The position numbers and the translations under genes were made by a program. 64,000 bases of DNA from Acanthaster planci (Eukaryota), in the NCBI RefSeq assembly GCF_001949145.1, contig NW_019091359.1:1438540-1502539 (forward strand). Reading direction: 5' to 3'. Positions 26,701-38,700 of the stretch are shown here, piece after piece. Position 1 is the first letter of the stretch; each line of letters opens with the position of its first letter. The notes under the pieces were generated by a model, which did not search any database, was not told the DNA's origin, and saw only the letters and a list, made by a program, of their open reading frames with translations.

Positions 26701-29700
26701 CAAAGACAGTCACAAGTCCCACAGTCTCCATGTATTTAGCTGTTCATAAGGGAAGTGTAACAGACATCCCCTTTTATGACTGTTGATGCACCGAGTACTA
26801 ACAGTGAAAGGACTTGTGGCTGAACTTGAGATGACTAGTGAAGAACACTGAAGTACTAATGAAGTACTCTACTACAATGCTGTGTTAAGGCTATGAATTA
26901 AGAAAGAGATCTCCATCTAGGCCCAACCAAGGGAGTGATTATTAAGGCATCTGCGTCCAAATCAGCTGATTTGTAGATATGGCTATAGTGAATATCCAAC
27001 GGCATAAAAAGAAAAAGCTGGGCTGTTTTCCAAAACTCAACTTCATCTCTGTCTGTTTTTTAATGACCTAGCGTTGAAGTTATTAGCTTGATAGTAAGTC
27101 TGATAGTGCCAAGGGAACATCAACTGAGATGCAAAAGAGCAGAATACTACTGTACTTGAATTTCAGGCCCACAAACGGGGACTAAGTTTGGAGAAATCTC
27201 CAGAGACGGAGATGAAGTTGAGTATTGGGTAACAGCCCTGGAGTAACACGAGTAAAGCCTAACAATGAGTAATTCTGCCAAAAATAATGCGTTAACCCCT
27301 TCGCACCGGGAACCGTCGACAGCGGCGGCTTTATGCGAGGATTAGTGCATACCATACATATACAGTCTATTCACCATGCAGCTGCTGTTTCAATGGGGTC
27401 TGCTGTGGGACAGAGCTTTGCATTCTGGGCATACCACAGCCCAGCAGTCACGGTCAAAAGAATCCCGGCCGGAAGGGGTTAAGATTGACTTGTGGTATGG
27501 CTATGCCGTTGAATAAAAAAATGGGCAATTGATGGGAATAAAGGAAAACTGTGCCTTACACAGGTTGGAATTTTAGCTAAACCCAAGCCATTCTCTAAAG
27601 ACAACAGCACAACTCTATCCTATAAAGAATAGGGAACATGAACTGGATTGAGCAAATATTTAACCAACCAAAGCTGTGAAAATTATGACCTTGATGGACG
27701 ATGGAATAAGGTTCCCTTATTTCCTTCAATCAATGCTTCAATTTAAATTGAATCTTGCAGCTAGAAAGTACAGTGAGAGAATGTGGTGTGAGAGTGTGGA
27801 GGACTCACTTCTTGTCTGAGAAGTCGATGAGGATGGACATCTGGGCTCATCCCAAACATCTTGACTGCGACGTACTGGATGAAACATAAAAGAAAATAAA
27901 CATTAGCTGGCATTTTGGAGAAATTGACAACTGCCACTATGGGCTGGTGTAGCATTCTGACGGCAGCAGAAAAGAATACTAACCTCATCAAAAATAAATT
28001 TTGAATTTTATTTAGGTTTGTAATGCTTTTACCGTGAATGAAATAAACAAAATTTTTCTTATTGTACTTAAAATTACCCAAAACGTATTTAATGTGAACT
28101 GAGTGGCATTTTGAGTGGGACAGACTTTTCACAGCTTATAAAAGAGTTTATGCAATAAATGTGGGGTGTGTAATAGGTGTATAATTGGAGAAATAAATTT
28201 CAATTTCTGGCCTGCAATTCAACATAGGCTTCATGTGAAATCGAGGGTACTCTTAACAAGAGCAATTTCAAATAAAAAAAAAATTGAAAAAGTATTACTG
28301 TTTTGTAAAAAAAACACAGAAACAAAAACGCCCAACAACTTTTACCTGATCTTTGTATTTGGCCTTGTACACTGAACCAAAACTCCCATCTCCAAGCATG
28401 TGTGAAGAACTGTAACAAACAAGGTGATAATGGAAACATTTTGCCCGTGTAAACAGCGCACGACAGAGAAGTTTTGCCTGAATGAGAAGGGGCAGGTACT
28501 CCATCTGAAGGACTTAATTCAACCTCTACAACCAGAGAATCTTAGAAAGAAACAAAAAAAGGTCCGCAGGAAACAACTTGAAGTTTAGTTTCGAAGTCCA
28601 ACTCAGCAAGTCACTTCACTCTCCAGAGACATTTCAAACATTTGCAAAGTCCCCAGCAAACCCATTTTGAACTCTTTCGTTATTCAGCATGATGAGGGTT
28701 TCTGTTTTTGATCAAGCTACCTGGGTGAAAACTGCAGCAGCTTGGGGTCGATGTGGAATCGGTCATCCAGATCGGCAAGCATCACATCAGGGGCCTGAAG
28801 TGTTGAACAAAAATGACCGATATCATTTTACATCTTTTATATCTTTAGTACATATACTGCACGTACTATTGTAAGTGGGCTTTCATATTCACGTTACAGC
28901 GTATCCACTTTGCCCCTTTCAAATATCGAGCTGAATATTAACATCTGATTGTTCTGCAACATTTTATAACAATGGGTACAATTAACATAAATAACAATTC
29001 AATTGTTCAATTAGATGTGTCCACATATATGTCAGAGATTCAAAGATTGAGAATTGATACTGATAAAATTGGTCCAAACACAACTTTGGCAGATTTCCTA
29101 TTTTCCGCATTCATGTTTAGTGTATAGCTGGCTCTCAACGTGTGCAGCGTAGTGAAATAAATTTGGGTGGGAGTGTTCGGGGAGAATCTGCAAGAGCTTA
29201 CCAATAACTTTAGTGGAACCTGCATGTCCATGTGGTTGGGGCAGACAATGTAGTCGTTGACCTCTGACCTCTCAATCAGCTCATCCAGCATAAACTGGTG
29301 GTTTTTGTTTTCTGATAAAGATGAACAACAGAACAAAGTGTCGCACACAGAAAGGGCAGATGCATCTACCTAGGTCATTCCCGAAGATTTCTTCCTACAA
29401 TTCATAAGCTTTGTGACGCGTTCCTTTTTCCAAAATGCATGAACCGTTTTAAAGGCAATGCTGCTCATAGAGGACGTTATTGGAAAGCAGCTACTGAAGT
29501 CGAAACTATCCGACAAGGAAATGTCTTCTTCGTGCCCGAGACTAGTGCTTGACAGGGATGTCTATGCAGCTCAAGCTTGGATCGGATCGGATCTAATAAG
29601 GTCAGATCAGATTGTTAATTGGAGTCAAGCGCCTGGATACCAGTCCGAGTCTGAAAGAGGTTTCCAGAGTTATGGCTATGTCTACTGTTAGCGTGTGCCT

Positions 29701-32700
29701 CACATATTTCAAACCAGCAACAGCCTAGACCTAGCCCTAGTCACAAGATTTGGACCTAGCCTTACCTTCACACAGGACGCAGGGTACCATCCGCTGTACC
29801 AGCGTTTTGCCTTGTAATGGATCCATCTCAGTCAGACCAGGGAACCACTCCTCTATCAGGTCATCTGCATGATCACACAGCAGGCCTAGAAGTCTGAGCA
29901 AACATCAAGGAAACAATTTAAAATGTAAGGCAGTCTTAACTGCAAGAAGTATACCACATTATATTAGGCAGAACAGTCATCAACCACAAATACTGATAAG
30001 AAAGTGTGAGAAAAATTGGCTTCATTTTTGTCTTACAGATCAAGTCTCAACTGAGTGGTACTAGTAAACAGGAATAAGCAACAGATCCATCGTTTGGATA
30101 ACTAAATGACTTGGGAATTCAAATATACCCCCAAAAACTTTTAACACCAATTCTGCACAAATTTGTCTCCGAATAACAAGAACAGTTTTGCAAAAACCGG
30201 AAAAGGGAGCAACTGAAATATCGCAAACCAGAATGTTAGCACTCAGTATGTCCTCACCTGTTGCCATCCTTGGTCTGAGGCACGGTAATTTTCAGTCCAT
30301 CTCGGCCTTTCCTCAAGGACTCGACACAGAAGAATGCTTCCTGTGTCGAGAAATGATCACGTCATTGAGGAAACAGTTTCTAACAGGGAATCAACCTCCA
30401 TTGAAACCAATCGCAAAATTTGATGGTACTTTATCTCACATTGTTAGTAACAAATCAATTTTCAGTTTGACGTTTAACACTTGAATGTTAAAGACTTAAA
30501 GAAATTATTCTCACTTTTAACAGTACTGTCATTTTGCAATGTTACTTTGGAAAGAATTATCATGTCCAAAAATGCTAAATGTGAGATTTGCCTTCATTTT
30601 TGAAGTCACAGGCTTACGCTTGTTACTTTTATTTTTTGGGGGGGATAGGGCCATCGGATGGGAGTTGGACTTACTCTGGACCAGCAGACGTAGATTCCCT
30701 CCCTCCAGTATTTGGTGACTTTGGAGATATCGTCGTTACAAGCTGAGGCTACAGACGAGGGCTATGCAAAAAACGAACAAGAATCATTTCACTTTGTCTT
30801 CACATACATGCAACACATTTACCATCAAACACTCCTCACTTGTTGGCAATTTTGTAAGCATTTTGTGAATCTCTGGTTTATATGCTAAGAAAATTGTCAG
30901 CTGGACTTGTCACAGGCAGCAAACACAGCACAGAATCCCTGAACATTCAAGTGTTGTAGTCAAGCACTTTGGAGTACCAGGTTTAATGTCAACTATTGAA
31001 CTGATTATAAAGATGAACAAAGAAATTGACTGGAGCGGGATTTGAACCTGCAGCCTCCGGAGTACCGTACCGGTGCTCTACCAACTGAGCTATCCAACCC
31101 TACGTTGGTGGCTCTTTCAAGTTGTCAATATCTTTGCCAGAAGCCATCCAACCTGAAACACCATGAAGCCAGGGATCACGCCCCAATAACACGACACAAC
31201 ATGGGAAGTGGTGAACAGGGATCACTCAGAGAGGATATGGCTTTTTTTAAACATAAATCATGAAACCAACTATCTATATATACGGAAACTGACTAGGTGC
31301 TTAAAAATGATTTTACAAACTGATTAACAAAGCTGGTGAACATGGGCATAGTTCACAGTTAAGGCTTCATATTGTTAGTTGTGCAAACTTAAATTATAAA
31401 GATAAAAGTACTTGGCCCTAAAAATGTACATCTTACGCAATTGTAACAATCCAAAGTAATCCATTTATTTTGTAAAGTTACCTTTATGCATTCACCATCC
31501 TTTGATTATGTTATCCAGCATTGTTCACATATAACCAGTTCATTGTCTGAGGATAAACCTGGTACTCGTAAAATGCTTGATTACAACACTGGTATGTTCA
31601 CGGGGGACGCTGGTTACTGTTCAACCAATTGTAAAATGCTACTTTCATCAAGAGTTATCCCTTTAAGCCAGAAGTCATTCCGTGCCTGGATTTGTGTATA
31701 CCAGAAAAAGCACTGTACTTGAAAGTACTACTGGAGTTGTTCTTGTGAGCACAATGTCCATCGATCTCGGAGAGGTTAACAGAGCCAACCGAAGACAGGT
31801 CAACAGAGCCAACTGAAGACAGGTCAACAGAGCCAACTGAAGACAGGTCAACAGAGCCACCTGAAGACAAGGGATTTGAGGGATCCAACTGACTTACCGT
31901 CTGCAGCATCTGGGTGGAGAAGACCAGAAGCCTTAATATGAGACGGGACCACAGACCGATGGGCACGTAGGGCATATCATACAGACGGTGCAGGAGATCT
32001 GAGATTTAAAAGCCAACCATAGATACGCATTCATGGATCATCCTTTATTTCACCAAGGAAGAAATTACACAGCATCATTTACATCTACATGGCAGTGTTC
32101 TGAATTGATACCTCACATATATATCGTTAGCATGCATAAAAGGCAATGCATGCTAAATATGGCTTCCTGAGGTATATTGTGTTTATTGCTATCTGAATCA
32201 CACAGATGTGGATGAATGGGCACTGAAATTTCGCCTGAAATTTGTCGAGAATTAAAACAAAAAATGGACGCCAGTCGGGCTACTGCACAAGGACTATGCC
32301 TGCAATTAAATGATAAATTTTCTGGCACCTTGTCTGCTAGAGCAAGGCAGAGTGATAGCTGGTTTCTGGCTGGGCATCTTGCATGGGATAAGAAGCTCTG
32401 TGTCGGTGATGGGGAGTGCAACCTCAAACCTGTGATGGGGGACCAAAGAAAAATATCCCAGAATAAATTTCCTGGACACTCCCATGTCACGTGGCATCAC
32501 AACTTGCGAGATGATACATCTTCCAACTGTAACTTCTATTTATGACCCGACTGAACGAACCGAGTTGCATATTACCAGAGCATCTTTTGAGTAAAAGGCT
32601 TTCGAAGGAATCTTGCATGGTATAGATCAATAGGAAACCTCGACATTTTTCTCCTACAAAATGCATATTTTCTCAAGATGTCGAACTGGGTGAAATCTCT

Positions 32701-35700
32701 AAACAAAGAGCTCAGTTTGCTCTTTCTTAATACTAATTGAAACCAAATTACTGAAAATGTGGCCTTGAGACTCCTTTCGTGAGATTGGGTCACATTTGGG
32801 GGTTCAGTTTACAACCTACTACATCTTCCAAAGGATTCCATTTGAAAAATACCGACGGTGATGAGCCAAAATTCTACAGAGGTGGACTGATAGATATTTA
32901 GCAGTGTACTCACTTCTCAAGCAGCTTGAGGTACTGTGGGAGAAGTCGCTTTATGGGCAGATCTTCAGTCCTAGTGAAGAGTATGGGCAAGTCGCTGATC
33001 CTCATTTGCTAATGCAAACAAAACACAAAGAGTGGATTCAGTGTTGATTTGGTGTGCCAAGTATGTTACCACAGTTATGACAACTTACAACAAGCCGAGG
33101 AAAAAAACAGAAAACTGAGATTCAAATACTAGAAGGGGTACGATATAAAATCTTTGAAATGACAGCCAGTGATATAACACTTGCACTTGGTACTCTTATC
33201 ACACTCAAACTCACACTCATAGAAGAGCTGAAATACTTGTTCTCATACCTTAGCACTTTCTCCGTACTTACTCTTATGCCCATGTGTAATTGCAGAAAGG
33301 AACCTGACTATTACTAAGTACAATAGTACTCATACTCAAGTACTTTTTTTCTGTACTCAATCTGGTACTCAAACTCAGAGAAATGTGGGCAGCTACAGCA
33401 ATATTTCATTGTTTTTAGATTCAATTCAGACTCATATTTTTCCTATTTTAGTTTAGGGTCTTTGTGCTAATAAGATTGGAAAGCAAAGCAAACCTATTGT
33501 AACTTTCCTTTTGTGTGTACACTGCATGCTGCCATCTATCATGTCTACCATTCATGCAAAGAGTCCATTGCAAAGAGTGAAGATCACAACCCTTACCCCG
33601 TTGGGACTGATGAAGGGGTTGATTTCCCTGACAGTCACAACCAACGCCATGATCTTGCACAGCCACTCCGGGTCCACGAAGTACATCTCCTTCAGCTGTT
33701 GGACGGGATCGTTGTAGTGGAGCAGTATGCCCGTCTCATGGAGGAATCGCACAGCCTGAGAAGAAATTGTGGTGCCAAAAAATGATGAAAGAGATGGAAC
33801 AAGAAGTATACCAAACGTATCACTGAGGGACCACGAGAGGCAACTTAAGACGAATATGACTTAAACGATAAATGGTTCATTCATAATAAGGGAAGAAATA
33901 TTTAGACAAAGGTAACTTCTAAGGTACGAAGCCCCGGTAAACTGCACTATGGTTATCAGTGGCCTTTTACAGATTTAAGTGCAAAGAGGACCACTGACAT
34001 TACAGCAACTGCGCACAATGGTAGAGAGCATGAACAAAGTGAACAAACCTACGGGGATGATGTACGTGCTGGAATTCTGCAAAAATGCTTCAGCTGGGGT
34101 AGTTTGAGTGGGACTGTTTTGTGTTTGCACATTAGTAAGAAACTGTGGCTGTATTATCATTTGTGCTCGAAATTGTCCATTAACTAGATCCCCTAGATCC
34201 TCAGACCTAACCCTAGTCCTCAGTCTTTCAAAATCCTCCCATTGCCCCCCTGTGAAAACTAGGTATAGCCTCCGTTATTTCTTGTATGTCTTCTTTGGAG
34301 GAGTGACCGCTGCCTCAGCCCTTCAAATTTCTCCAGCAATTCTTGCAATTGGTCAAGGCAGTGCGAATGATATCCTAGAGTAGAGTGCATGATTTCAAAT
34401 ACATTGTATAATCCAGGCCTGAATTTACGCATGGCTGAGCATCAACAGCACAAGGTCTGACCCAAGACCTTGACACAATGCACCCTCCAATCAGCCACAC
34501 CTTCTGCCATTCTTCCTCAATCCTTCAAAAATCTTCAAAATCCTCCAAAACCGCCCAGAGGATTTTGCAGGAGTGAGGACGGTTAGGATCAAAGCTGAGG
34601 TTGCTGTATGTACAAACAGAACAACACTGGTGTGTACAATATCACATGACAAATGTTGCTAGTGTTGATTGGCTACAAGTCATTAATTTGTCACCAACCT
34701 GTGAGAGTTCATCGTTGTCCAACTGCAAGGAGTGCTCTCGTACCAGCTGTAGCAACCGTCTCCTCATCACAACTGGTGCCTCCTTGTTCTCCTTCATCTT
34801 CCTCGCCTCTTCCCTCAGTAACTCCTCAAGACGCTGGGGGAACCAAAATACAGATAACAGACTTGTAATGAGGTTAACATTTTTCCTTAATCCTTCTTTA
34901 ACTGCACTGGAAGCAGAGAGAAAAATGATGGTATCCTTTTGCTTTACAAATTTAAGATTACTAAGAAGGAGGTTGTGAGGTTCAGAACCCCTCAAGTACA
35001 AATATCATTATCATCCTGAAGCGTGCATCATGGGAAACATCGAATCCTTGTTTCTGATGTACTCGTGTACAACTCCCACTGGGGAGTCAAACAAGTTTTA
35101 GGATAGGGGTAGGAAGGGAGAACCACGTTTACCTACCTGGTAACTGTAAGGTATCATCTGGCCTAGGACAGGTTGACCTTTGATCTTACATCTGTGGAAG
35201 TGAAACATTTCAATTAATACACTTTTCTGCTTTTTTACGAAAGATCTTAAACGTAAAAAGGCTTTCGGCGATCACCCTTCCTGAATCTCTGACTTTGATC
35301 ACAGTGCAGAACTCAATGTTACAACATTTGAGCCATAACCTCAAGGGGAAAAGATGGAACATGTACAATGATGACTGGGCTCTACCTTCCTCAAATCCTA
35401 CAAAAATCCTGGTGGATTTTGAAGGTTCAAGGATAGTTAAAATTTAGGTCAAGTTGAGGTTAACAAGGTTTTGAGGGTATCTACTCCATCATTACTGTAC
35501 CTGAGACTTTTTACATCTGGGTTATCCGAATGGTGACATACCTTTTGCTGATGACAAAAGCAAACAGGTTCCACACAGCGAAAGCTACATTTTCTATCAA
35601 ACTGCGCAAATTTTCTCAAATTGAAAATGCACAAACATGGAGAAAACGCTGTCTGGTCTGCATCTTTGCAGACAGGAAAAAAACAGTATCTTTTTCAGAT

Positions 35701-38700
35701 CATAAGCCTTACGTCTCAATGAGTTCTACGACGAGTCTCCGCAGGGCTTCTAAGCCCTCATTCTCGCTGGTGCAGCTGACCACACGAAAACCCATGATCT
35801 CGGGGAAGCCCGGCGACTGGCACAGGCTCCGGACTCGCATCTCCATGTCACTGATGAACTCCACTTCCTTGTCTGGGAAAAAGAAATGAAGAAAAAAAAC
35901 CAGGGAAATGATTGGCACAGATTTTGAGACGATAAGAACTTCATCAATTACTTTAAAAATCACTACTTCAGAGTAAAAGAAATCCTAGGTGTTAGTCTCA
36001 GCTAGGCGACTGATTAAATCTACGACCTCCTGGATTTTCATGAATCATTTCATAAGGAAAGCTACCTGGCACATCAGGGAAAGCTAAATCCTGCAGGCTG
36101 TTGAGACTCTACTGACCTTTGGGTATTTTGTCCTTGTGGGTTCCCACGACCACCACTGGACATGATGGCGCCAAGGCCTGGATGGTCAGTAGCCACGGTC
36201 GGAGGGTTTTGACCTCTTCTGGGCCTCGGCTGACATCATACACCACCTGACACAGGGACATGCAAATGAAACCAATTCTTCAAAAATTCTTCAAACCCGT
36301 CTTTGTCCCAAGAAAGTGGTGTGACAATCTCCTTCAAGGGAGAATATGGGTAAAATTTTCCAATTTAGAACTTTGCTGTTAAGAAAACCAAACACCAAAT
36401 GGCCAAGCTGTAACAAGTATTACTTTTTACCGCAAAGTTTTGGAAAATAAATTCATGTGACTACAATTATAACAAGCAAGGCTGGAACCCTAGTCCAGGG
36501 ATGAGGACAGGGGAAAGGGGAACTCAGAACCATCTGCACTCCTTTACCAAGAAGAGGGCTCGGCCCGTCAAGAAGCAGGGATGCATGCTGTAGAAATCCT
36601 CCTGTCCGGCAAAGTCCCAGGTGTTCAGGCAGAAATCCACCGTCTTCTTGTTACTCCGGACTTGGATTCTGCAGGCAACATTGGGCAATTGAGCCATTAG
36701 ATCTTCCAAGCGACTCAAGACCGGTTGACACAGTTCAGAGAATTGGATAGCTACGTGTACACTGTCCTTGAACTCACACTCTTGACAAGGATGGCAAGAA
36801 ATATCTGCCTGTTACTTTCCAGCCACAAGGGCCACAACTGTCCAGTGGCCACTAGGCAAACTTTGCACCATTAATAACATCACTGTGGGGTCTGTGCATA
36901 TGAAAGTGGTCCTTTGCAGGCATTCACGAGAATTGGTTTGGGCGCACATGGTGCAAAGAACAAACAAAACAATCGTGCTTACATTTGAAATCTATACATA
37001 CATGTATGTCGCCATTTCAACACTGTTTTGGGGACAAATTGAGAATTTTTGCTAAGAATAAAAAGAATCACATATGAACAGGGCCTCGCTTTACACTGCA
37101 GCCACAGAATATCATTTAATTACGCGTGCCTCCCTGGTGAAGAAAATTTCGTTGGATGTCTATTTTTCTGCCAGGCGCCCTTTTACACAGATGACTAATG
37201 TAAATAAGGATTAATCTAAGTGAACTTTCACATAGCAAGACTCACTTCCAGTCTGACACTTTGATTCCCACGGTGGCTACGTTAGCTTCTTTTTTGCTTC
37301 TCTTCTGCTTCTGCAGTCTGGCCAACAGGGTGGACTTGCCCCTGCCTCCGTAGCCCACCAGCATCAGCTTCATGCGATAGTAGGGGACAGACTAGACATT
37401 TTGAAGGAAAAAAAATTAAACGATTTTAGGTAGGTGTTGAAGGTAGCTGTTAAACACCATCTATATATTAGTTACCAATTTTTACAGGATATTTGAAGGA
37501 GAATGATAACTGTTGGTATTACATAAATTTCCAAAGAGTGTTTACTGCTTTTTTTCTTTAAAAAACAATTCCACAAACTCAATTTGCTCAAACAATCTCG
37601 GCTTATTTTAGAAAAAATTCTGCACTAATGGTCAGTCAAAAGTAAGAGAGAAATTTTTGCTTCTGCAAAAAATATGACAACTAAGGACTCTGGGTTTACA
37701 TAGCCAGTGCCATTTGTCTGTGTACTTGTAAACGCAAAAAAATGATCATAAAAAGTTAAAAATTTAAAAGTTAAAAAGTTAAAAAAAAATGGCTAATTAA
37801 AGCCATGGTATTGGGTCCTGATCCCTGGCTAGGTATGTGAAACGGCGACCAGTACCTGTTTGAGCTTCTGATTCAAGAAGCCAATGATGTCCTTGGTACG
37901 GCCTTTGAGAATGGATGGGTCTAGATCAAGCTTGAGTCCGTCCAGGGGAAGCTACGATGGAACAATGACCAGTGAGGATGACGGTTAGAAATGTTGAAAG
38001 AATGAAATCTTAGAATGAAACTGTGCTGCAAAAAATCCAACACAGATCTGTCCTGCAGAACCCAACCAACTCGTCAGCCAGCCAATAAGGCGGCTCACAT
38101 GTCAACTTGTCAGCCTTGAAGACAACTAACCCACAAGCCAGCTGGTTAGTTGCACAACTCCCTGCTAACAGGGCGACCCTTTGGTAAGCCAATTTTTTAG
38201 CAAGTCACCTGGTGCTAGCAAAATTATTTTCATAAACAGCTGGGATCCTGATCTTGATTTAATATAAGGTGACATTTCACAAGGATCCATTTACAGCTAA
38301 GATGGCTCTCATCAATACAACACCTTACTTCAGGAGTTGGAAAGAACTGAATATAGTTACCAAACCTTGACTTTTAGACATGCATGAGAGATGGCAGGTG
38401 GAACACAAAATTTAGGCAAGCCCCTAAATCAGCCAATCAACCAAGTCACATTCTCATCTCGGATTCCTTATCCCAACAGCCTCTTTACCTCAGTTGCAAA
38501 ACTTAACCAAAATCTCAACCCATACAGCTATCTCTTCAATTACACGCAGCTGCTGTGATCGCAGCCATGACAGAAAAGCGCTAAGCAAGGAAAATATTTG
38601 CTTGGCAAAAGATGGTGACCAACCAGAATTCCATGCCTCATTATATTGCTTTTGATTGGTCCCCATCATTTTCGCCTGGACCAAATATTTACTAAGTAAT

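Noticed and set aside
31027..31099. Functional tRNA-Thr(GGT)
   Set aside because: Stem mismatches, missing U33, and an anticodon not normally used in eukaryotes.
31655..31897. Repetitive protein extension (VDLSSVGS)n
   Set aside because: Read-through of the exon donor at 31898 into a 24-bp intronic minisatellite.
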